From the IMG/VR virus record IMGVR_UViG_3300045012_000181, positions 32,001 to 96,000 of that record: 64,000 nt of DNA. One strand, written 5' to 3'. The position numbers were made by a program, and so were the translations under genes. Under the pieces are notes generated by a model. It was not told the origin of the DNA, ran no database searches, and was given only the letters and a program-made list of their open reading frames with translations. Each line of letters begins with the position of its first letter. The stretch's first letter is position 1. Shown piece after piece: positions 9,185 to 15,786 of the stretch. This stretch comes from a virus.

Positions 9185-9430
9185 CCTTACACGGTCTGGA
9201 ATATGCAACTGCAATAGCTTCACAACCTCTACAAGTTCGTAGTCACTAGTATGTGGGTAGTGTCCATGGCCGATGTCGCGAACGTATTCCACGGAGCGCA
9301 TCTGCGCCATTGTGGGATTGCGTTTTAACAGGTCCGTCAATGACAACTCTCTAACGTGTTCAGCTATACCGTAAACAAAATCTGTTTCGTTAGCCTCTCT
9401 GCCGCGCTTTACATACTCCTGAGGTGTCAC
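9176..9430 (-). CDS. Hypothetical protein embedded in the RNA array
   Basis: 84 aa, GGAGG RBS before a GTG start; its TGA lies inside the 5' strand of RNA 1. Confidence 0.5.
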   Translation of the reverse strand: MTPQEYVKRGREANETDFVYGIAEHVRELSLTDLLKRNPTMAQMRSVEYVRDIGHGHYPHTSDYELVEVVKLLQLHIPDRVRAR

Positions 9431-9445
9431 CGGGCCTCCAAAAAT

Positions 9446-9549
9446 ACACGGGCATCAGGCGAACTCAGAAATTGTGGGGTTTGAACCCACCACCGGCCCT
9501 TGCGGGCCAGTTCTTGACCAGAAGTATCTGAAGTTCTACGGCACCGTGT
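9446..9549 (-). ncRNA. Y-RNA-like small RNA 2 (104 nt) with a canonical T-arm
   Basis: ACACGG/CCGUGU terminal stem; UGCCGUA...UACUUC; GAACU(U)CAGA/UCUGAGUUC stem; GGCCC-GCAA-GGGCC hairpin; T-arm GUGGG-UUCAAAC-CCCAC; 3' CUGAUG; AUUUUU tail. Confidence 0.8.
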
Positions 9550-9559
9550 TCAAAATTAA

Positions 9560-9647
9560 AGCCGGAAGGGCAGCGACGTTTCTACGGCATTGGAGGATAC
9601 CACCTATTCGATGGTAGACGTTATTCACCCGCGCCACCCATCCGGTT
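9560..9647 (-). ncRNA. Unidentified structured RNA candidate (long branched hairpin)
   Basis: Nested stems CCGGA/UCCGG, GGG/CCC, UGGCG/CGCUG, ACGU/ACGU, UCUAC/GUAGA, followed by a U-rich tail; lacks the 5' Y motif. Confidence 0.45.
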
Positions 9648-9669
9648 GGTACTTTGTTGCAACAAAAAT

Positions 9670-9803
9670 CGAGGAGCATCAGACGATTGGGGTGTCTTTT
9701 TGACAGGCGCTCTCCCAACTGAGCTACGGTCTTGCGACCGACGGGGCTCGAACCCGCGACATCCTGTTTTACATGAAGTATCCCGCAATCTACGGCATCC
9801 TCG
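9670..9803 (-). ncRNA. yrlA: YrlA-like Y RNA (134 nt) with a circularly permuted tRNA-like domain
   Basis: CGAGGA/UCCUCG stem; UGCCGUA-GAUUG/CAAUC; ACAGG/CCUGU; T-arm GCGGG-UUCGAGC-CCCGU; capped acceptor CGGUC-GCAA-GACCG; UA; D-arm GCUC-AGUUGGGA-GAGC. This matches the published YrlA architecture. Confidence 0.88.
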
Positions 9804-9814
9804 TTGAACTCAAA

Positions 9815-9880
9815 GGTGGCGCAACAGGCACCCAAGGAGTTTTCATCCATTAGAAGTATCCATGGGTTACGGCAGCCACC
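9815..9880 (-). ncRNA. Minimal Y-RNA-like small RNA 4 (66 nt)
   Basis: GGUGGC/GCCACC; UGCCGUA opposite GCCUGUUGC; ACCCA/UGGGU; GGA/UCC; loop begins UACUUC. Confidence 0.75.
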
Positions 9881-10039
9881 CGGAGCGTAGCTCCGTTAAA
9901 ACCATCCGTCGCATAAAAATCATGGGCACAACGTCTCCCGATTAGTGCTCTCCCGCTTCGGAGCTGTCGGATGCGCCCTGCGGGCTGTGTTCTTTGACGC
10001 AGCCAACGACCTGTAGTACGGCCCCGGTCGCCTCGGAAT

Positions 10040-10330
10040 TTAACGCTGCACAACGACTTGCGAGGCCTTCTGAGTTTCCAGGGCCTTACGAATCTCAGTG
10101 CTCATATACTGCAGGGCCTTGGCTTCGGCCTCAAACTTAGCGGCCTTGACTTCAGAGGCCTGTTGGTCAGCGGTGCGTTGCTCGGCCAGTTTCTCGCGTT
10201 GCAACTCCACATTCAGGGCGTGTTCGGCCCGACGCATGACATTGCCGTGCAACGTACAGACCATGCTGGCCAGCGCAATGCTCGCTGTCATTCCAAATGC
10301 GCCCAGCATAATACAAGGTGTTATGTCCAT
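10040..10330 (-). CDS. Small membrane-anchored coiled-coil protein (start reassigned to ATG 10330)
   Basis: GAGGAG RBS upstream of ATG 10330; N-terminal hydrophobic helix, then a charged helix. Confidence 0.6.
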   Translation of the reverse strand: MDITPCIMLGAFGMTASIALASMVCTLHGNVMRRAEHALNVELQREKLAEQRTADQQASEVKAAKFEAEAKALQYMSTEIRKALETQKASQVVVQR

Positions 10331-10348
10331 GGTTTTCTCCTCAAAATC

Positions 10349-10417
10349 GAGCGCCTTTTGGTTCTCTGTTCTACATATCAACCCGGCCCGGCGCTTAACA
10401 GGCGCTTTCGGACGCTC
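10349..10417 (-). ncRNA. Mini tRNA-like RNA candidate with an Asn-type anticodon arm
   Basis: 7-bp closing stem GAGCGUC/GGCGCUC; inner GCGC-CUGUUAA-GCGC; GAUUUUG tail like the neighbouring Y RNAs. Confidence 0.4.
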
Positions 10418-10433
10418 TACCAACTCAAAATCA

Positions 10434-10520
10434 ACGCAGGGCATCAATCGTCTGGAGCGGTGCCTCCTTGACGGAGGCGCTTCTTAACGGGAAGTAGCTC
10501 CAGGCATACGGCACCTGCGC
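10434..10520 (-). ncRNA. Y-RNA-like small RNA 5 (87 nt), first of the array
   Basis: GCGCAGG/CCUGCGU; UGCCGUA opposite AUUGAUGC; CUGGAGC/GCUCCAG; UACUUC; GCCUCC-GUCAA-GGAGGC hairpin; GAUUUUG tail. Confidence 0.78.
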
Positions 10521-10530
10521 TTTAGAATCA
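10520..10530 (+). promoter_or_regulatory. CTTTAGAATCA motif (exact copies also at 22460-22470, and inverted at 14527-14537 and 20310-20320)
   Basis: Four exact 11-mers plus near copies, mostly intergenic; this one abuts the 5' end of Y RNA 5. Confidence 0.5.
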
Positions 10531-10643
10531 AAATTTGTTCCAGAACCAAGTCAAGGCACGCCTCACCAGCGTATAGAGGCCCCAGAGTGCCAGCAGTAGC
10601 AAGCCCGTGCAGAAACCAAGGGCTTTCACGCCTTCCTGAGACA

Positions 10644-11054
10644 TTAGTGCTTCACCGGACTGGGAACCGTATTCGCGGAGATGTCAAAGAGCACTTCATC
10701 CACTACGTATTCCCTGCCCCCGGGGCAAAGGGCCTTGGTCGCGGTCACCACAACATCCGGGCTGAGAATGGCCGCTTTTCGAATAACAGTGCATTGCAGC
10801 AGCCCAAGTGGGGGATTGTCCGAGCCTTTCAGGCGGCCCATGCCCAACGTTGGCGTCATGAGGGGCTTGAAGTATGCGTGCCCTTCGCGTTCGCGCTCCA
10901 TATTGAACCAAACTTTCCCGATAACAATTTCCTGGCCGGGGAAGTCCAGCACCTGTCCAACACGCCATTGTCCTCCTAGAGGCGCATCAGCACACAAGAT
11001 GGCGCTGCCGGTTAACAAGAGGGCCCCAGTCCAAAGTGCTCGCAGGTTGTGCAT
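10644..11054 (-). CDS. Hypothetical secreted/periplasmic protein
   Basis: N-terminal signal-peptide-like MHNLRALWTGALLLTGSAILCA; GGGAG RBS. Confidence 0.55.
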   Translation of the reverse strand: MHNLRALWTGALLLTGSAILCADAPLGGQWRVGQVLDFPGQEIVIGKVWFNMEREREGHAYFKPLMTPTLGMGRLKGSDNPPLGLLQCTVIRKAAILSPDVVVTATKALCPGGREYVVDEVLFDISANTVPSPVKH

Positions 11055-11184
11055 CTAATTTCTCCCTCAATAAAGTTCTACAACAGGCCTTACAGATAAT
11101 CCTTCCGTGCGTGGGCAAATGGCTTTCTTGGATGTCTTCGGTTGAGGTCCCTTGGCACAGCAGGCACTTGTAATGGAAAAGCAC
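10987..11184 (-). CDS. Small Zn-finger-like protein
   Basis: CxxC...CxxCC. It overlaps the downstream ORF, so one boundary is uncertain. Confidence 0.4.
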   Translation of the reverse strand: MLFHYKCLLCQGTSTEDIQESHLPTHGRIICKACCRTLLREKLDAQPASTLDWGPLVNRQRHLVC

Positions 11185-11185
11185 G

Positions 11186-11389
11186 CTAATTCAAGCCCCA
11201 AGTCAGTAGTAGTGTCAGGCAAATCGTAGTACCCAAAGTCAACAATCCTCCGCAGAAGCAAATAAATACGGTGCCTACAAAATCCTCCCGAATGTCACAG
11301 GCCGCGGCGAAGGTCCCAAGCGCACTAGCACCGAGGATTAGTGTTCCCAGAACCAGCCAAATCGTGCCCAGTACGTGCCAGAAGTTCAT
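11186..11389 (-). CDS. Small two-TM membrane protein
   Basis: Two hydrophobic helices. Confidence 0.55.
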   Translation of the reverse strand: MNFWHVLGTIWLVLGTLILGASALGTFAAACDIREDFVGTVFICFCGGLLTLGTTICLTLLLTWGLN

Positions 11390-11497
11390 AGCAGTCTCAC
11401 TGGTGTTTGGGCTTCAGATACGTAGCAATCTCACAGAGCTTCCAATAACAGACCGTCAGCATGCAGCAGAGGAAACCCAGACAGAATCGAATTATGT

Positions 11498-12037
11498 TCA
11501 TGGCAGCTCCAGAACATCCCTAGACGGAATGGAAACCCTTTGTCTATAAACCCAACGAATTCGCGGAACGCCAGCGGGTCTTCGGTGCAGGCAATGCAAA
11601 TTGTGAAAAATCACAATTTCGTAGGGCCTAGGCTGGTATATTTCGTCCTCGTGTTTCCTGAACGCTGCCACACCATGTTGGTTGGTCCACTTGATTTCCG
11701 TTGGGTGATTCGAGGCCCAGAGCACGATGGCGCAATCAGGCTTGGAGCCCTCTTGTAAATCGCCATCGTAATGAAATGACTCGGCCTGATTTGTTTTGAA
11801 CGTACGACGCCGCACCTCAGCGTGCAAGACCTTGCTGACCCAATTACGCCCCGTGAGTTCAAGCGGTCCATGAACTGGATCATAATGCGGAAGGAGCCCA
11901 AGCTCGCACGTCAGGTCCGTGAGCTCTCGCCCAACAGTGCTGGCTCGCCATTTGGAGGGCTTGTATGTGCCAAGAACCAAGTAGGGTTTCACTTGACCTC
12001 CAAATCCAACCTTTTCACTACAAGGAAATTCTTCCAC
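11498..12037 (-). CDS. Putative 2OG-Fe(II) oxygenase-fold protein
   Basis: SFHYDGD ... IVLWAS ... IFHN.HCLHRRP ... RWVYR, an HxD...H...R pattern. Confidence 0.55.
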   Translation of the reverse strand: MEEFPCSEKVGFGGQVKPYLVLGTYKPSKWRASTVGRELTDLTCELGLLPHYDPVHGPLELTGRNWVSKVLHAEVRRRTFKTNQAESFHYDGDLQEGSKPDCAIVLWASNHPTEIKWTNQHGVAAFRKHEDEIYQPRPYEIVIFHNLHCLHRRPAGVPRIRWVYRQRVSIPSRDVLELP

Positions 12038-12318
12038 GTGCCGGCCTCTTTGGAGGCGCTCTCGTAGACAAACTGCCCATGCAGGCCCTTCCAGACGGGC
12101 GGCACACCATCCATTAGATGCACCGTGAATAGTGCATGCTCCTCAGTCTCTATAATCACATAAGAGCCCTGTGAGCCGTCGCGCACGACGATTTCGCGCA
12201 CGTAGCCCTGCGTGCTGATCCAGTAGCCCATAGGGGCTGGAGGCTTGGGCTGACTCTGGGGCCCATCGTCACAGCCACCTAGAAGCAGGGCCCCTAGTGC
12301 TAACAGTGGAAATTTCAT
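11989..12318 (-). CDS. Lipoprotein
   Basis: Lipobox MKFPLLALGALLLGGC-DD. Confidence 0.65.
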   Translation of the reverse strand: MKFPLLALGALLLGGCDDGPQSQPKPPAPMGYWISTQGYVREIVVRDGSQGSYVIIETEEHALFTVHLMDGVPPVWKGLHGQFVYESASKEAGTWKNFLVVKRLDLEVK

Positions 12319-12375
12319 AGAACTGTTATCCCGCCTTCGCCATTGGCCATCAGGAACTCTGTGATGTCTTTGAGC

Positions 12376-12627
12376 CTATCCCGCGGCCTTCTGGCAAGTC
12401 AAGGCGGCCTCTGTTTCAAACCGCTTGGCCGAACTCAACTGGGATTCTTTGTTGATGCGACTCTGGACGGCGAATTGCAGACTTTGTTTCTCGTTGGCCA
12501 GCGTGCGCTTGGCCGAGTAGAACTCCGCAGCCAAAATGTCTCGAACGGTTTTGTTCATCTGCGTACCATTTGCCCCACAAGCCAGCGAATCGAGCGAAAC
12601 AGACCCGTCAGCGCGATACTGAGGCAC
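12376..12627 (-). CDS. Hypothetical protein
   Basis: Co-oriented ORF; no motif. Confidence 0.45.
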   Translation of the reverse strand: MPQYRADGSVSLDSLACGANGTQMNKTVRDILAAEFYSAKRTLANEKQSLQFAVQSRINKESQLSSAKRFETEAALTCQKAAG

Positions 12628-12759
12628 AACAGCAGGCCCAGTAGACTCAAGAAGAACACTAGGAGCGCTCCTTGGGATGATAAAGTCGGTAAATCAAACT
12701 GACGGCCAAGTAGTCCAAGCCTATGAAGGCCAGAACGCTCAGAACCACCGCGATGGCCT

Positions 12760-13122
12760 TCACAAGAGGCCCAGCTTGCGCTCACGGCGCTGGCGCTGCC
12801 AAATCTCATGGTAAAACATCAAGCCCTTCTGCGCCATGATGGCCTCGTTCATATCACAGCAAAGCATGCACACTTCACCAATACTGGAGGGCCATCCGCA
12901 CTGTGTGCAGACCTTGGGTTTGTAGGAGCGATTTCGGGCGGCTATCAAGAAGGCCTGTTCCTGCGTCAGGTGGTGCGAACGATGGTCCCTTAGCCAATGC
13001 AATGTAAGGGGCCAATCGTCCTTTACGACCTCGGAAGCACCGCAGCCCGAACAGTAGCTGCGCAGACCACTCACCACCACGAAGAAGTCCAGCTTGCGGC
13101 CGCAGGTGCAGGTGGTGCTCAA
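12760..13122 (-). CDS. Zn-finger-like hypothetical protein
   Basis: CTCG...CSGC and CTQC...CMLC; overlaps the stop of the macro-domain gene. Confidence 0.55.
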   Translation of the reverse strand: MSTTCTCGRKLDFFVVVSGLRSYCSGCGASEVVKDDWPLTLHWLRDHRSHHLTQEQAFLIAARNRSYKPKVCTQCGWPSSIGEVCMLCCDMNEAIMAQKGLMFYHEIWQRQRRERKLGLL

Positions 13123-13577
13123 TGGTGCACCACCACGTTATTCGGAAGCGGCTCCATCAAATGCGCCACTTGCAGGAGCCAACTCAGGCGGCCATTTCCA
13201 CAGCCCAATCTCGGAACATGGAATGTTACTTGGGGATGATTTTTGGATTCTTCCATGAGAAATCTAATACTCATAATCACCAAATCCACATCGGCCTTTT
13301 CGTACCAGTTGTGCTTCACAGGCAAGATTAGGAAGGTGTTTTGGAAGCCCAATATGCTAAGACTTTGCGTTGTCAATCGACCGGGCACGTTACCCTTGGC
13401 TTTCAGGTGCTGACCCAGCAACAACGGTAAATCCGGGTGCATCTGGGCCGCTGTCAGGGCACAACCCCGACCCATGACGCCTCGGCCATCGCGCTTTATG
13501 AAACCATTGGTACTGATTCCCACCAAGTGCCCCGGCTCGTTGAGTTGCGCAAACAAATCCTCGCAGCGTTCAATCAT
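13119..13577 (-). CDS. Macro-domain (ADP-ribose binding/processing) protein
   Basis: ISTNG......GVMGRGCA..AA..HP, LPVKHNW.EKAD..L...S, VPRLGCGNGRLSW. Confidence 0.8.
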   Translation of the reverse strand: MIERCEDLFAQLNEPGHLVGISTNGFIKRDGRGVMGRGCALTAAQMHPDLPLLLGQHLKAKGNVPGRLTTQSLSILGFQNTFLILPVKHNWYEKADVDLVIMSIRFLMEESKNHPQVTFHVPRLGCGNGRLSWLLQVAHLMEPLPNNVVVHH

Positions 13578-13801
13578 TCCTCGATACTCCCAGGTGTAAA
13601 ACGTTTATCGCCTTGGCCCCAGTTGCGGGTGCGGTAGCGTAGTTCCCAATAATCGGCATTGGGTCCCACACTCAACCAACTGTAGACTGTAGCCGCAAAA
13701 GCCAACAGGCCCCAAAACAGGTTAATCTCTGTCATTATGACGCCTGCGCACATCAAGGCGGCGAATATTCCCGGAGCGGCTCTTAGCATGTTGTGTGTCA
13801 T
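13574..13801 (-). CDS. Small membrane protein
   Basis: Two TM helices; ATGA-coupled on both sides. Confidence 0.6.
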   Translation of the reverse strand: MTHNMLRAAPGIFAALMCAGVIMTEINLFWGLLAFAATVYSWLSVGPNADYWELRYRTRNWGQGDKRFTPGSIEE

Positions 13802-14013
13802 GCCTCAATCGCCTTCGGGGCCCTCTTGGGCTTCAGGGCCTCCAGGCGTTGGAACTCCTCAGCTCGGCGCTTGTTGGCTCCATGCGTCGTTACGTGCCCA
13901 CAGTGTTGGCACTTGTTGGAGCCCTCAGGGAACACGTGCTTTCGACGCTGGGAGCTCAAACGGCCCTCTTGTCGGGATTTGCAAGCCACCTTACTGCACG
14001 ACTCGCTTTCCAA
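13798..14013 (-). CDS. Small hypothetical protein (CxHC)
   Basis: Coupled to the downstream gene; the start may be shorter. Confidence 0.45.
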   Translation of the reverse strand: MESESCSKVACKSRQEGRLSSQRRKHVFPEGSNKCQHCGHVTTHGANKRRAEEFQRLEALKPKRAPKAIEA

Positions 14014-14266
14014 AGTGTCTGTGTTGGCTCTCTATTAGAGGCTCAGCCGGAGTCAGGACGTGGTCTTGGCCATCGCGCTCGATGCTGTAGCGATAAGTGC
14101 CCCGCAGGCCCTGAATTTGCACCAGTTCACCTACTTTCAGACCGGCTTTTGCGAGCCATCCGCCGGATTTGGGATCCGTATTGAAATAGGGAATTGTTCT
14201 CATTTTACGACCTCTCCTACAAATTCTGCCATTATGCGCCGCAGTTTCTTCACACAGGCCGCGCAA
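13991..14266 (-). CDS. Hypothetical protein (likely start MRTIPYF near 14203)
   Basis: GGAG RBS before the internal ATG; operon position. Confidence 0.5.
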   Translation of the reverse strand: MRGLCEETAAHNGRICRRGRKMRTIPYFNTDPKSGGWLAKAGLKVGELVQIQGLRGTYRYSIERDGQDHVLTPAEPLIESQHRHFGKRVVQ

Positions 14267-14748
14267 AACAGGCGATAATTGCCCATGAAGGGCATGTAAT
14301 AGATTTGTTCGAAGCTGGTTTCTTTTATATCCTTATCCTGTACGGCTTGGCCCTTGTAGGGGATATGCGTAAATAGGGCACAATGTTCGCATGTCAATAG
14401 CACCTGCAATTTGCTCACAAATCCTCCAGGCGCTCTCGAATAGTCTGCCAGAGCACATACAGAATTACAAAGAGCGTTATCGAGAGCGGCGTCACTAGGA
14501 TCATGTTCAATAGCATGGATTCCTCCTGATTCTAAAGATGGCCCCTGTCGGGTTAAGTCAGAGGCCATCCGGGGTGACAACGTGGTGTACGGCACACGGA
14601 GGACTGGACTAAATTGTTCGGCGACCTTCAAAGCCGGGCTCATCCCATACGTCGATGTAGCAACCGATGCCCTTGTAATCGGCCACCAGAAAAGGGTCCG
14701 GTGCAGGCGGAGGCAGGTATTTTTCCGTTTGGAGTTCCTTTTTCTCAA
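14200..14748 (-). CDS. Hypothetical Zn-finger-like protein; only the C-terminal ~65 aa (LTCEHC...FCAAC) is likely real
   Basis: CxxC pairs near both ends of the C-terminal part; the 5' part overlaps other genes. Confidence 0.4.
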   Translation of the reverse strand: MRKRNSKRKNTCLRLHRTLFWWPITRASVATSTYGMSPALKVAEQFSPVLRVPYTTLSPRMASDLTRQGPSLESGGIHAIEHDPSDAALDNALCNSVCALADYSRAPGGFVSKLQVLLTCEHCALFTHIPYKGQAVQDKDIKETSFEQIYYMPFMGNYRLFCAACVKKLRRIMAEFVGEVVK

Positions 14749-15463
14749 CCGTCAACTCCTGCACGGAAAAGGTCACTTCAGGCAGGGCCTTCTTCAGGGA
14801 AACCATGCGCTGAATGGCAAAGGCCGGAATGGCGGCTTTGTAGCCATCGTTATAGTTCTCGCCTGTGTCGTGTACTTGATGTGATGTCCAACTGGCTTGA
14901 ATTTCTAGGGCCTTTTTGTACCGCAAAAACATCAGAACGCTCCAGATGGCCAAGGGAACCGCGGGCCAAGCCATTATGTGACTGGCCTGTGTTAGGCTCA
15001 TGTACTTGAAGAGCTCGACACTGTTATGGCCATTCCATCCCCAACCCGCGTGGTAACCCCCGAAATGCAGGACCGCGCAAACGGCTGACACGCCAACGGA
15101 GGCCAGCCAAGTAGGCCAACCCAAAACAGATACAGTATCGTGGCCGTCCCACTCACGTTTGTTGGAAGTGTGCATGAAGCGAGTTATGGTAAGGCTTTCG
15201 CCCCTGTGGGCCTTCTTGAGCATTTGGGCCTTATATTGCTCCACACTTTGAATTGTGAAGGGTTCGATATCCACCTCAGCCAGGGCCTTGGCCAGTACGG
15301 CCTCATTCAAAGAGCCTTTGCGGATTTGTTCGGCCTCTAGCAGGGCTTTGGGTCTGTAACCGATTAACTTGGCGGCCTCTTGCAAAAGCGCGGCATCCCA
15401 ACCTTCTTGCACTTGCAGGGGCCTGAAAGGCGCTCTTACGAGGGCCTGTGTTGCAGTACTCAT
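14609..15463 (-). CDS. Hypothetical membrane protein
   Basis: 284 aa, two TM segments; RBS (CAGGA) upstream. Confidence 0.75.
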   Translation of the reverse strand: MSTATQALVRAPFRPLQVQEGWDAALLQEAAKLIGYRPKALLEAEQIRKGSLNEAVLAKALAEVDIEPFTIQSVEQYKAQMLKKAHRGESLTITRFMHTSNKREWDGHDTVSVLGWPTWLASVGVSAVCAVLHFGGYHAGWGWNGHNSVELFKYMSLTQASHIMAWPAVPLAIWSVLMFLRYKKALEIQASWTSHQVHDTGENYNDGYKAAIPAFAIQRMVSLKKALPEVTFSVQELTVEKKELQTEKYLPPPAPDPFLVADYKGIGCYIDVWDEPGFEGRRTI

Positions 15464-15786
15464 GTTTTATTCCTGTTCTCCCAGACGTTTTGTACGCGCA
15501 CGTCTAAGACTTTAGAAGCACCTTGGGTGCTTTAGCCCATGCGCCTTCCCGGGGTACATGGGCCAAAGAATCCAACTGTGTGGAGTGCTTTTTCCGTTTT
15601 AGAGTTTTCTGCTCAAGCCCTTTGAACCTTTCTTTTGAATTTAACTACATCCCTTAGAACCGGGATTTCGTTTGGAGCCGCCAAGAGCCAGCCCCAGAAT
15701 GAATAAAAGGCCCGCTGCACCGATGCCCCAGATAATAAGGCCATGCCAGTAGAGCCACTGGATAGCCGGGGATTCCGGATGGGCGT

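Noticed and set aside
9703-9767. Apparent tRNA gene (D-loop AGUUGGGAGAGC and T-loop GGUUCGAGC)
   Set aside because: The arms are circularly permuted, the acceptor is closed by a GCAA loop, and there is no anticodon loop or CCA. It is the YrlA tRNA-like domain, not a tRNA.
9536-9850. 104-aa ORF (and 9850-10053, plus the 5' extension of 10040-10447)
   Set aside because: They overlap the structured RNAs, have no RBS or protein-like features, and the sequence constraint is explained by base pairing.
9920-10062. HDV-like/theta ribozyme
   Set aside because: A P2-like pairing (UUCCGA/UCGGGA) and an ACUAA linker exist, but the L3 sequence and P4 pairing do not fit the consensus.
9156-10513. CRISPR-like repeat-spacer array (recurring GAAGTA...TACGGCA)
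   Set aside because: The repeats are bipartite and degenerate, spacing is irregular (~80-640 bp), each unit folds end-to-end, and there are no cas genes.
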